A stretch of DNA of 64,000 nt from Thermodesulfobacteriota bacterium (GCA_965216785.1 OZ244197.1:1984001-2048000), one strand, 5' to 3'; positions 20,903-30,233 are shown, counted from the first letter of the stretch. Numbers and translations are program-made. Notes: generated by a model from the sequence alone, not told the origin.

Positions 20903-21740
20903 GGATATCCCCGGCTTTGAGGAGCTGCGGAAGTCTATATCCGCATACAACCCGAGATACTATTATTTTAAGCTTGTATCACTATTTTTAAGGACAGTCG
21001 GCAGCATGTCGGAAGGAATTAGGCTAGGGTTCGAGCACGGTTTTGATTCAGGAACTATTATGAATTACATATATGAAAACACCCCTAAGGGAAGGGGATT
21101 TATCGGGAAGAAAATAGACGAATCGTTTCTTGATCAGACTACCTGCAAGGCGTTTAGGTCTATAAGGGAAATACAGCGGGGAATGATAACTGAATTCCTT
21201 GAGGGACGAGAGGGGAAAAAGACATTTATAGCGGATCTCGCCTCGGGTAAAGCGGATTATCTGTACGATGTGCTGGCTGAAAAAGATTATGACATACAGG
21301 TGCTTTTGCGGGATATAAATGAGAAGACGCTCGAAGAGAGCAGAGCGATTGCCGAGCGGCTCGGGATAGGGGATAAAATTACCTATGAGCTTGGGGACGC
21401 GCTAAACACGGAGAGCCTAGCCACCATAAGCCCGGCGCCCGACCTTGTAGTCGAGGTCGGCCTTTACGGCATCATTCACGACGACGAGCTTATAAAAAAA
21501 CATTTTCACGATTTAATAAACATACTGCGCCCAGGGGCGCTTTTATTTAACGTTCAGACCTATAACGAGCAGATTGAGCTTATAGCCAGAGCGCTCGTGA
21601 ACCAGGACGGCGGACCCTGCGTGTGGCACCTGCGCCCTGTCGAAGAGGTGATAGGCTGGGCCGAAGAAGCGGGTTTTAAGGAGCCCGAAATAACTATGGA
21701 CCCCTACGGTATCTACGCAGTGGTAATGATGAGAAGCTAA
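20892..21740 (+). CDS. SAM-dependent methyltransferase (YnbC C-terminal-like)
   Basis: EGIRLGFEHGFDSG...Y.Y.N.P.G and ADLASGKADY motifs. Confidence 0.8.
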   Translation: MPRRDIPGFEELRKSISAYNPRYYYFKLVSLFLRTVGSMSEGIRLGFEHGFDSGTIMNYIYENTPKGRGFIGKKIDESFLDQTTCKAFRSIREIQRGMITEFLEGREGKKTFIADLASGKADYLYDVLAEKDYDIQVLLRDINEKTLEESRAIAERLGIGDKITYELGDALNTESLATISPAPDLVVEVGLYGIIHDDELIKKHFHDLINILRPGALLFNVQTYNEQIELIARALVNQDGGPCVWHLRPVEEVIGWAEEAGFKEPEITMDPYGIYAVVMMRS

Positions 21741-23128
21741 TGAAAAAAGAAAGATTCGTACTTGGATGGCAGGGCGGCGTAAAAGGCCCCGATAATATAT
21801 GCAAGGTGCTCTCGGACAGAGTGCGCACGGTCATGGAGAGCCCGCACGGGATGTGGAACTACATGACGTACCGTGACGCGATAAACATCCTCGGGCTTGA
21901 TCCATTGAATATTTATAAAGAGGGGAGGATTGACCTGGACCCCAAAGAGTGGGCGGACTTTGGCTGGATGACCTGCTACGCGGGCCCTCCTGAGAGGGCG
22001 GTCGAAGCCATGCGGAGAAGCACTAACGATGAGAACGTGAATCCCTACTCCCCTGATCTAATAAACCCCTTGAGGGACGCCTGCGCCGAGCTCAAATTCG
22101 GACGTAAAAGAGGAAGCGGTTTTGAAGTCATAGGGGCCGAGGGCAGCCAGGCCGGGATATCCTATACGCTCCAGACAGTGCTTAACCCGGGTGAAGAGGT
22201 GATTATTACAGACCCCGGGTATTTCCATTTCGAGTCTTCCATACTTATGGCCGGGGGAAGGGTCGTAAGGGTGCCGCTCGATCAAGAGTACGGCTTCAGG
22301 CTCGACCCCGACAAGCTGGAGAAATATATAACTTCCAAGACAAAGGTAATAATTGTTTGCGACCCGCTTAACCCGTTCGGCACCGTACAGACTAAGGAAG
22401 AGCTTCTTAGAATTATCGAGATGGCGGCTGAAAAAGACATAATTGTCATAAACGACATTACGCACGACACTCAGAGAGTGGACCCCGAATCCCGCCATTT
22501 TCCGATGAGCGCCCTGCACGGCGAGACGAATACCGATAACGTTGTCGCAACGTTCAGTCTATCGCACGGTTACGGCATGGCAGGCGTGAGAATCGGTTTT
22601 CTGGGTGGGCACCCGGAATTAATTAGGGCATGTCTTATCGCGAAAACTTCCCTTACGAGGCTGAACACAAACCTGATCGCTCAGTACGGCGCTCTGGCCG
22701 CGCTCGAGGACACGGAGTATGTAGAAAAATCACAGGACATAATTCGGCGTAACTACTCGCTTATAAAAGAAATTGTGAATGAGAACGAGGGTATTCAGAT
22801 CCCGGTCGAGCCTAAATACGGCTTCTCGATGATAATTGACGTCTCGGGGGCCGGAGTGTCGGCGCAGGAGCTGACAGTAGCGCTATTTAAATACAATATC
22901 GCCGTCTACCCGGGGGACGGGCTCGGTAGCGTGGGGGCGACAAAGTTCATCCGCCTCAATATTTCAAGGCCAGACCTGTGGGCGTTTGATCACATGAGGG
23001 AGAATCTTCCCAGGGCAATATCCGACGCGAAGAGCGGCGTATATAGAGAAGGCGTACTTAATTTCTTCTCTCAAAGAGACACGAAGCGCGCGCGGATGAT
23101 AGTGGAGGAGATAAAGGGAATATCATGA
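21740..23128 (+). CDS. Class I/II aminotransferase-fold protein with atypical active site (Lys replaced by His)
   Basis: LNPGEEVIITDPGY, DPLNPFG, SLSHGYGMAGVRIG, FIRLN. Confidence 0.85.
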   Translation: MKKERFVLGWQGGVKGPDNICKVLSDRVRTVMESPHGMWNYMTYRDAINILGLDPLNIYKEGRIDLDPKEWADFGWMTCYAGPPERAVEAMRRSTNDENVNPYSPDLINPLRDACAELKFGRKRGSGFEVIGAEGSQAGISYTLQTVLNPGEEVIITDPGYFHFESSILMAGGRVVRVPLDQEYGFRLDPDKLEKYITSKTKVIIVCDPLNPFGTVQTKEELLRIIEMAAEKDIIVINDITHDTQRVDPESRHFPMSALHGETNTDNVVATFSLSHGYGMAGVRIGFLGGHPELIRACLIAKTSLTRLNTNLIAQYGALAALEDTEYVEKSQDIIRRNYSLIKEIVNENEGIQIPVEPKYGFSMIIDVSGAGVSAQELTVALFKYNIAVYPGDGLGSVGATKFIRLNISRPDLWAFDHMRENLPRAISDAKSGVYREGVLNFFSQRDTKRARMIVEEIKGIS

Positions 23129-24069
23129 AAGTCTCAGAGGATTTATTGGAGCTGGTAGGAAATACTCCGCTTGTCGGGCTCGGCAAGCTCGGAGCGGAAT
23201 TAAGCGGCGATCTATACGCCAAGCTCGAATACACGAACCCTACGGGGAGCGTGAAGGACAGGGTATCCCGCTACATAATTGACGACGCCGAGCAAAAGGG
23301 GCTGCTTGAGCCCGGGGGCACGATTGTTGAGGCTACCTCTGGAAATATGGGCGTCGCGTTCGCACTGATCGGAGCCATACGCGGCTACAAATGCATATTT
23401 ACACTGCCCGAGTCCATCACGAAAGAGAAGATTCAAGCCCTTAAGCTTTATGGCGCCCAGGTGGTGCTTACGCCCAAGGGGCTCCCGCCCTCGGACGAGA
23501 GGAGCTGCTATAAAGTCGCCCATAAGATAGCGCGTGAGAAGGGGGCGTTCTACGTAAACCAGTACTTTAACCCTCTTAACCCACAAGCGCACTATGAATC
23601 TACCGGCCCTGAAATATGGAGCGATACGGACGGCGAGGTGGATACGGTAATATGCGGCATCGGCACAGGCGGGACGATTAGCGGGGTCGGGAAGTACTTG
23701 AAAGAAAAAAGAGCGGATATAAAAATCGTCGGGATTGAGCCCGTGGGCTCGGTTTTCAGTAATTACCTTAAAGATGGGGTTTTGGCAGAGGCCTCTGATT
23801 TTGACATAGAGGGTATTGGAAAGAATTTTATCCCGGGGGCGCTTTCATTCGATAACATAGATGAAGTAATACAGGTCGAGGAGGATGAGGCTCTAGGTTC
23901 TGTAGAAGCGCTTTTGAAAAACGAGGGTATCCTGGCAGGACCATCAAGCGGGGCCGCTCTTGCCGGGGCGCTGAAATACACGAAAAACCTTAACAGGAAA
24001 GAGAAAATTGTCATCATTTTCCCGGACACGGGACTCAAGTATCTGTCCAAATACACAGGGCTCGGTTAA
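23125..24069 (+). CDS. Cysteine synthase / cystathionine beta-synthase family PLP enzyme
   Basis: KLEYTNPTGSVKDR, EATSGN, GIGTGGT, IEGIG, FPDTG. Confidence 0.92.
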   Translation: MKVSEDLLELVGNTPLVGLGKLGAELSGDLYAKLEYTNPTGSVKDRVSRYIIDDAEQKGLLEPGGTIVEATSGNMGVAFALIGAIRGYKCIFTLPESITKEKIQALKLYGAQVVLTPKGLPPSDERSCYKVAHKIAREKGAFYVNQYFNPLNPQAHYESTGPEIWSDTDGEVDTVICGIGTGGTISGVGKYLKEKRADIKIVGIEPVGSVFSNYLKDGVLAEASDFDIEGIGKNFIPGALSFDNIDEVIQVEEDEALGSVEALLKNEGILAGPSSGAALAGALKYTKNLNRKEKIVIIFPDTGLKYLSKYTGLG

Positions 24070-24101
24070 AGATTGTATAATCTATATACTCCGGCAGTCC
24101 T

Positions 24102-25319
24102 ATGAATAGAATCACTTCTGAAACCGCAAACGAACTAACGTTAAAATACGGCTCCCCGCTATTTGTTTTCTCAGCCGAAGCCATAAAGAACAATCTGGCT
24201 ATCTTCAGAGACGAGTTCGTAAAACGATACGATAACACAGCGCTCGCCTACTCTTACAAGGTCAATTATCTGCGCGGGGTACTGGATGTAATCCACAAGG
24301 AAGGCGCCTGGGCCGAAGTTGCTTCGGGTTTTGAATACGGTTTAGCTGGGGATGGCGGTGTACCCGGCGAGAAGATCGTATTTAACGGACCTCTCAAGAA
24401 GGATGACGAGCTTCGCCGCGCTATAGAGGACAGGGCATATATAAACGTAGACCATTTCGATGAGCTCCGCGCGCTAGAGCGGATTGCGGCGGAGCTGCAA
24501 AGACCTGTTGACATAGGCATAAGGATTAATACCGACGTCGGGATCGAGCAGCTCCCCGACCGCTTTGGCTTTAACCTTGAATCCGGTGAGGCAGAGCGGG
24601 CAGTGCGCGTATGTGCTGAGAATAAATTTCTGAATATTACAGGTCTTCACATTCACCTTACGAGCTACATCCTAGAATCGCGGAGTGAAGAAGACATACC
24701 GGCGAGGGGAATTAAGCTCATATGGCCCAAAGGGCCGGAGGCGTACTTGAACGCTTCGAAAAAGACAGTGAACTTTGCCAGGACGCTGAGAGAAGAGTAC
24801 GGGGTGGAGATAAAATATCTGGATATGGGGGGCGGGTTCCCGACAGTGGATTCCCTGGGCCCTTATGCGGAGGCTGTCACATCCCCTATACGCGATGAGT
24901 TTGGAGATGCCGAACCCCCACTATTGATACTTGAACCGGGAAGGGCAATCGTGAGCAGCGCCGCCCAATTGATTGCGACTGTAGTTGCGACAAAAGAGCT
25001 TCCGGGAGGGCACAGCGCTGTAGTCACGGACGCGGGTATTAACATTCTTCCCACTTCACTGTTTAAATATCAGGATATAGAGTGCATGACTGAACCCAAA
25101 GGCGAGCTTAGAGAAACTATCGTCTACGGTCCGCTGTGTCTTCAGAATGATATTATCGCTAGGGTAAAACTGCCGGAGCTTAGGGCGGGGGATAAGCTCC
25201 TGGTGAAAAACGTAGGGTCTTACAATATCCCTCAGTCAAGCTCGTTTATATTCGAGCAGCCTGCGGTGATCGTGAAAGAGGGTGGTGCGATGAAAATAAT
25301 CCGTGAACGGGGTGTGTGA
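24102..25319 (+). CDS. Group IV PLP decarboxylase (LysA/ODC-like)
   Basis: YSYKVN (PLP Lys), FNGPLK, RFG, DMGGGF, LEPGRAIV, GPLC. Confidence 0.88.
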   Translation: MNRITSETANELTLKYGSPLFVFSAEAIKNNLAIFRDEFVKRYDNTALAYSYKVNYLRGVLDVIHKEGAWAEVASGFEYGLAGDGGVPGEKIVFNGPLKKDDELRRAIEDRAYINVDHFDELRALERIAAELQRPVDIGIRINTDVGIEQLPDRFGFNLESGEAERAVRVCAENKFLNITGLHIHLTSYILESRSEEDIPARGIKLIWPKGPEAYLNASKKTVNFARTLREEYGVEIKYLDMGGGFPTVDSLGPYAEAVTSPIRDEFGDAEPPLLILEPGRAIVSSAAQLIATVVATKELPGGHSAVVTDAGINILPTSLFKYQDIECMTEPKGELRETIVYGPLCLQNDIIARVKLPELRAGDKLLVKNVGSYNIPQSSSFIFEQPAVIVKEGGAMKIIRERGV

Positions 25320-25336
25320 GACCCCGGGGTGCGTTA

Positions 25337-26704
25337 CTAAAATACAAGCCTGAACCTTATTCCGTAGATAGCTATGACATCCACGCCCGGCGCGTCTGAT
25401 GGGTTTATTATCAACTGTAAGTCGGGTGTGATCTGTGTGCTCTTAAATACCTGGAGACGTAGAAATGATTCTATCACATACTGCGAGCGGAGGTCTTTAT
25501 CCTCCGGCTCTCCCCAAGAGGCTGCGAGGCCGAGGAGATTTTTTTTAAGTCCCGTTCTAAAGGGATCTAATAATCCAACACCACCCGAAACTATCTGCTT
25601 CACGTTAGTCACCCTGCCGTTTGAGAACGAGTATCTGAGGAAGAGATTATATTCTTCCTTAAAAAGCTGCTGGAATGTGAGCGCTAACCCGTTGCCCGAA
25701 GGGGCGTTGCCGCTTTTGCTGCCGTCGCTGTGCCAGAGCGCAATATGGTAATTACCGCTGCCGTGGCCGTTTATTGTCGGGAGAATGCCGATCTCCACCC
25801 CTGAGAAGAACTCCTGCTCGTCAAAGAAAGTATCGAAATCAAAGGTGTCGGAATCCCCGTTTGCATCGCCAATGCTGCCCAGGACATAGAATAAATCATT
25901 TGGCTGATAGAGCGCCGCAGCGCCGAGGCCGTTGCCCGGGAACGGTATGGTCGGGTTATCTGAAAAAGCCGAATTTATAAAAAAGAGTTTACTGCTGCTG
26001 AAATTAAACGAATCTATATAGTCAGACTGGTCTAGCTTCCCCAACCGTATAATGAGCCTGTTGTCCAGTATATGCTGCTCGAGCCAGAGCTGGGATACGA
26101 AAAACGGATTCTCGGAGTAAAAAGCGGCAGTGCTCCATAAAGACCCTATATTGCCGGCTAAATCGTTTGGAGGTATCTCCGTGAACAGCCTGTGTTTCGA
26201 TGTGGATCTGAACCCTAAATAGGCTGCATAACTTTTTCTATCGGGCAGTACTTGCCAGAGCCCGTTGAAGTCCCATATCCCGCCTGCCGCATGGTTTCTT
26301 TGCTCGCCCTGTGTGGCGTTGCTCGATACCTGGTATAGCGCTGTGTAGGCAAGTGAAAACTCCATGCGCAATTTCTCTTTCAGCTTTTTATTAAGCGTTC
26401 TCCACGGCTTAAGGACAAAATTAAAGGGGTCAAACTCAAATATGCTCTCCTTTAATTCTCCGGCTTCCAGTAGCTGCTTTTCAATGCTGTCGGGTGCCCT
26501 GTCGATCTCAGGAAGAGGGGCCTTGAGCGGTTTGTACTCGCTGGCGGATTCTTCGGTGCTGTCTTGCTCATTTTTAGGCTTGTCTAAGGTTGTTTCAGGA
26601 TTGAATAGATCAGCAGCGCTCTCAGCCCGGGAGTGGCTTAAAAATATGAAGCTTGAAATTGATAGTATCAAAAGAAAGCTATAACTGGCTCTTAATATGA
26701 ACAT
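25337..26704 (-). CDS. Carbohydrate-selective (OprB-like) porin
   Basis: Signal peptide, QLWLEQ, RLGKLD, FINSAF, QITPDLQ.I.NP, terminal Phe. Confidence 0.8.
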   Translation of the reverse strand: MFILRASYSFLLILSISSFIFLSHSRAESAADLFNPETTLDKPKNEQDSTEESASEYKPLKAPLPEIDRAPDSIEKQLLEAGELKESIFEFDPFNFVLKPWRTLNKKLKEKLRMEFSLAYTALYQVSSNATQGEQRNHAAGGIWDFNGLWQVLPDRKSYAAYLGFRSTSKHRLFTEIPPNDLAGNIGSLWSTAAFYSENPFFVSQLWLEQHILDNRLIIRLGKLDQSDYIDSFNFSSSKLFFINSAFSDNPTIPFPGNGLGAAALYQPNDLFYVLGSIGDANGDSDTFDFDTFFDEQEFFSGVEIGILPTINGHGSGNYHIALWHSDGSKSGNAPSGNGLALTFQQLFKEEYNLFLRYSFSNGRVTNVKQIVSGGVGLLDPFRTGLKKNLLGLAASWGEPEDKDLRSQYVIESFLRLQVFKSTQITPDLQLIINPSDAPGVDVIAIYGIRFRLVF

Positions 26705-26884
26705 AACTTAGTTTTAGGGTCGAATATAAACCTAATAAAGGTAAAACAATTATAATCCAGTGTAAAATGTAGCCGTCTAAGATTGTAGGCGGATTCACGC
26801 ATGAAGCTAAAATACAAAAATATCCGAGGCTGTACGATATCTGTAAATTTTCAGGTATCATAACTACCTCTAAATTTTCAAGAA

Positions 26885-26961
26885 GGGCTGTTAGCTCAGC
26901 TAGGTAGAGCAGGTGACTCTTAATCATCGGGCCGGGGGTTCGATTCCCTCACAGCCCACCA
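26885..26961 (+). tRNA. tRNA-Lys(CTT)
   Basis: GGGCTGT/ACAGCCC acceptor stem, GGTGA-CTCTTAA-TCATC anticodon arm, TTCGA loop, CCA. Confidence 0.96.
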
Positions 26962-26965
26962 CTTT

Positions 26966-27050
<85 letters not shown>

Positions 27051-27461
27051 TGTACCTAACGTCTTTACTTTTAAAGGCAGGTCACTTAAATCTGTGCGGA
27101 ATGCTTTTGTTAACTCATGCAGACGTGCTGGTATAAAAAACCTGAGATTCCATGACCTTAGGCATACTTTTGCAACTCGGTTAGTTCTTTCAGGAGTTGA
27201 CTTGGCGAGCGTTTCTAAGCTTCTAGGACACTCAACAATTCAAATGACTATGCGATATAGTCACCCGACTCCAGAGGCTCTTAAAAAGGCTGTATCGAAG
27301 TTGGATGGTTAAGATAATTTAAACCGTGTTAGCTGAAAAAGTAGCACTGAATTGCAAAACAGAAAATTCGAGTAAATAGGTTGTCTGATTAACTTGTGGG
27401 GGCAGGGTTAGCATGAGAAGCAGAGAGTTTAAAGTGCTCCCATGGGATCAATAGTCCTAAT

Positions 27462-27535
27462 TTCGCTACTGGGTTAATCCTTTCTGGAGTGGATTTAGCG
27501 ACCGTTTCGAAGATCAACTATACAAATGACTATGC
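27462..27535 (+). pseudogene. Degenerate second copy of int(C)
   Basis: Reads FATGLILSGVDLATVSK..STIQMTM versus FATRLVLSGVDLASVSK..STIQMTM, with the LLGH segment deleted. Confidence 0.75.
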
Positions 27536-27645
27536 TGAGCACTTCGTGGGGGCAGGCTTTTTATCTTAAGAATGGATTATGCGACTATCTTAGACTAGAG
27601 TGATAATGAGCTAACTGCCTGTAATTACACAACATCCGAATTTAT

Positions 27646-27674
27646 TTGACAAACTTGTAATTATGTGGTATACT
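27646..27674 (+). promoter_or_regulatory. Strong sigma70 promoter for the xis-primase operon
   Basis: TTGACA, 17 nt, TG-extended TATACT. Confidence 0.75.
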
Positions 27675-27738
27675 TTTTAATTATAGAACGCATTAGCGTT
27701 AATAAGTGCATCGCAAAAGATGCCACCGTTCTTGAGAT

Positions 27739-27828
27739 AAAGGCTGGAACGGGCTAAAGAATAAAAGGAATAAGTTAGTGCTGTAATACGGAGAATTCCT
27801 ATTCTTTTGTCTGTTCCGGCCTTTTTTT
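27739..27828 (+). terminator. Long leader hairpin with U-tract (attenuator or ncRNA) upstream of xis
   Basis: AAGGCTGGAACGGGCTAAAGAATA pairs with TATTCTTTTGTCTGTTCCGGCCTT, followed by a T run. Confidence 0.65.
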
Positions 27829-27857
27829 ATTCCAAATACAATTTTAGAGGAGTAAAT

Positions 27858-28067
27858 ATGGATACAATGAAAAAGTTAATCACTTTGAATGAGATTGCTG
27901 AAATTTATTCTTTATCTCTACCAACACTAAAAAGGTGGGCGAGTGAAAGAAGATTTCCGCTTTACCGAATTTCGAATCGCATAAGAGTTTCGGAGTCTGA
28001 ATTTAGGGAGTGGATCGAGGATTTTAAAATAAACAATAAGAGATTGGAGGATAAAAATGATAAGTAA
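27858..28067 (+). CDS. Excisionase-like HTH (HTH_17/AlpA type)
   Basis: LITLNEIAEIYSLSLPTLKRW...FPLYRISNRIRV..SEF.EW; GAGGAG RBS. Confidence 0.82.
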   Translation: MDTMKKLITLNEIAEIYSLSLPTLKRWASERRFPLYRISNRIRVSESEFREWIEDFKINNKRLEDKNDK

Positions 28068-30075
28068 TTTTGAGCTTTTTGGAGATAAAGATTATTTTCA
28101 ATTGTTACGGTATCTATTCGGGTATTGTAGTAATTATATAGAGTTTAGGACCATTAATCATGAGACTGATGAAGTGAGACAAATGTTCTATGAATTAACT
28201 GGTAAAAGGGTGCCTTTAGAAAATCTTGAAGATTTCCATAAGCAAGGTTTCGATATTTATTACGCTCCGGGGATACGCAAGTTTAAGAAGGGAACAAGAG
28301 ACTCTGTTATAGAAGTACCAGTATTATGGGTTGATATTGATAATAAGCATAATGAAGATTTAGAGGACAGAATAGATAACATACATGCTATAAGTAAGGA
28401 AATAGATCTTATACCTTCCGTTATTATAAACTCAGGAAATGGATTCCATCTTTACTTTAAATTCAAGCAAAATATCCAAATCAGGTCACAAGAGGATATT
28501 CAAGAGATTGAATCTAGACTAAGATGGCTAGCCTCTATCTTTGGTGGTGATAGCGTTTGGGATATATCAAGGGTTATGCGTTTACCAGGATTCTATAATT
28601 TGAAGGATCCCCAAAACCCCAAAAAATGTTCAATAATTGCATTCAATAAAGATGCTAAGTATGAACTCTCGGATTTTAAGACAACTAATATTAAGGAGAA
28701 CAATATGGAGAAAATTACACTCGGAAAGTTGCCAGATGAAAAACCTCTACGTTTTTATGATTTACAAAAAGAGGATTCGAATTTGAATAAGACATGGCTT
28801 GGTCTAAGAGAAGATTTATCGGACACTTCAGGTTCAGGTTATGACATGGCTCTAGCTGATGTACTTGTGAGGAGAAATTTTTCAAATGAAGAGATTGCAA
28901 GAATATTGATAGATGCGCCTTATGAGAAAACTAATCATAGAACCCTAGCATATCTAGAGCATACTATCTCAAAAGCTAGGGCAGGTAATGAGGAGATTTT
29001 TCAAGTATTTACAGAGAATAAAGGTTTGGCTGGGTTAAGTCTCAAACCGGAAGATTTTGATGACAGTAATATTGAATATCTTATAGATGATTTTCTACCA
29101 AAAAATACTCTCATGTTAATGACTGGTCGTTATGGAGTTGGTAAAAGTTATTTTAATTTAGCGGTTGCAAAAAAATTAATAGATGATGGTCATAAAGTGG
29201 TAATTGTTGATGTTGATATGCCAAAACATATTATTCACCAGAGACTTAAAGAGGCTGGTTTATTCGAACTTCTTGGAAATAAACTGCACTATGTCCATTC
29301 TACAAATTTTCCTTTTAGGATAGATTCAAAAAATCCAAATTGGTGTGAATTTAAAAATAGAATAGAAGTGGAGAACAACACAATTGTGATATTCGATAAC
29401 ATGAAGGAATTATTCCCCTACGGTGAAGACCTAAATATCGACTCGAATGTTATACCTGTAATGAACGAACTCAAAGAGGTTAGGGATATGTGTAACACAA
29501 TAATATTGATTCACCATGTTAGTAAGGACAGTAGCTCAATACATCCTTTCAAGAACAGCGGTTCAATCGCTGATAGTGTTGATATTGCTTATTTGTTAGA
29601 ACGAAGAGGTAATGATTGTGTTCTTAAATGTTTTAAATCTAGAATTCCTATTAAGGAAACTGTTAAGTTTTTCATAGAATCAGACTTTACCATGCAAACT
29701 AAGGAAACCGAGCAAGAAGCAGCTGACCTAGATAAAATGATTACGATTTACGAAGTAATTCGTAAAAGATGCGAGGGAGTAGACGGATTATTACAGAAGG
29801 ATATTATAGAAGAGATGTTTGGATTTTTATCCAGAGATAAGGTCCGAGAATTACTTTTCAAGGGTGAGGATATGCTCTGGAAAAGGACTCAAGGTGACAA
29901 GAACTCTTATTATTATGTTCCGATAGAAATCGATGCCCAAAATTCTAAAAGTCTGCCCCCCTATATACTTAAAAAACTCGGAATTTTAGAATTAGAGGAG
30001 GATAAATCAGTTGAAGAAGTTGACGAGAAATTTCTTCAAGGAAATGAGGTTTTAGAGAACATTACTCTACAATAA
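28057..30075 (+). CDS. Primase-helicase replication protein (RepB/AEP-type primase plus RecA-like AAA_25 ATPase)
   Basis: LWVDID, INSGNGFHLYF, SRVMRLPGFYN primase motifs; GRYGVGKS Walker A, VIFDN, LIHHVSK. Confidence 0.88.
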   Translation: MISNFELFGDKDYFQLLRYLFGYCSNYIEFRTINHETDEVRQMFYELTGKRVPLENLEDFHKQGFDIYYAPGIRKFKKGTRDSVIEVPVLWVDIDNKHNEDLEDRIDNIHAISKEIDLIPSVIINSGNGFHLYFKFKQNIQIRSQEDIQEIESRLRWLASIFGGDSVWDISRVMRLPGFYNLKDPQNPKKCSIIAFNKDAKYELSDFKTTNIKENNMEKITLGKLPDEKPLRFYDLQKEDSNLNKTWLGLREDLSDTSGSGYDMALADVLVRRNFSNEEIARILIDAPYEKTNHRTLAYLEHTISKARAGNEEIFQVFTENKGLAGLSLKPEDFDDSNIEYLIDDFLPKNTLMLMTGRYGVGKSYFNLAVAKKLIDDGHKVVIVDVDMPKHIIHQRLKEAGLFELLGNKLHYVHSTNFPFRIDSKNPNWCEFKNRIEVENNTIVIFDNMKELFPYGEDLNIDSNVIPVMNELKEVRDMCNTIILIHHVSKDSSSIHPFKNSGSIADSVDIAYLLERRGNDCVLKCFKSRIPIKETVKFFIESDFTMQTKETEQEAADLDKMITIYEVIRKRCEGVDGLLQKDIIEEMFGFLSRDKVRELLFKGEDMLWKRTQGDKNSYYYVPIEIDAQNSKSLPPYILKKLGILELEEDKSVEEVDEKFLQGNEVLENITLQ

Positions 30076-30142
30076 ACTTTAGAGGTAAAAATCTAAAATT
30101 CTTAGAAATATGGGTGTTATATATACAGACTTTTAGAATTTT
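29939..30142. repeat. Origin-like region: perfect 17-bp inverted repeat plus TTTTAGA iterations
   Basis: AAAATTCTAAAAGTCTG (29939-55) and CAGACTTTTAGAATTTT (30126-42). Confidence 0.6.
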
Positions 30143-30233
30143 GATTTTAAATTCGGAAAAGTCTCATAACACCCTGTTATTATTATATATATGTATAATT
30201 TATGAGACCCAAAATATGGAGGAATTAGGATCT

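Noticed and set aside
24102-25319. Housekeeping lysA
   Set aside because: HIGS is replaced by HLTS, it has an unusual insert, and it lies in an accessory operon; substrate uncertain, so no symbol given.
26679-26927. 82-aa minus-strand ORF
   Set aside because: Overlaps tRNA-Lys and its promoter region; no protein features.
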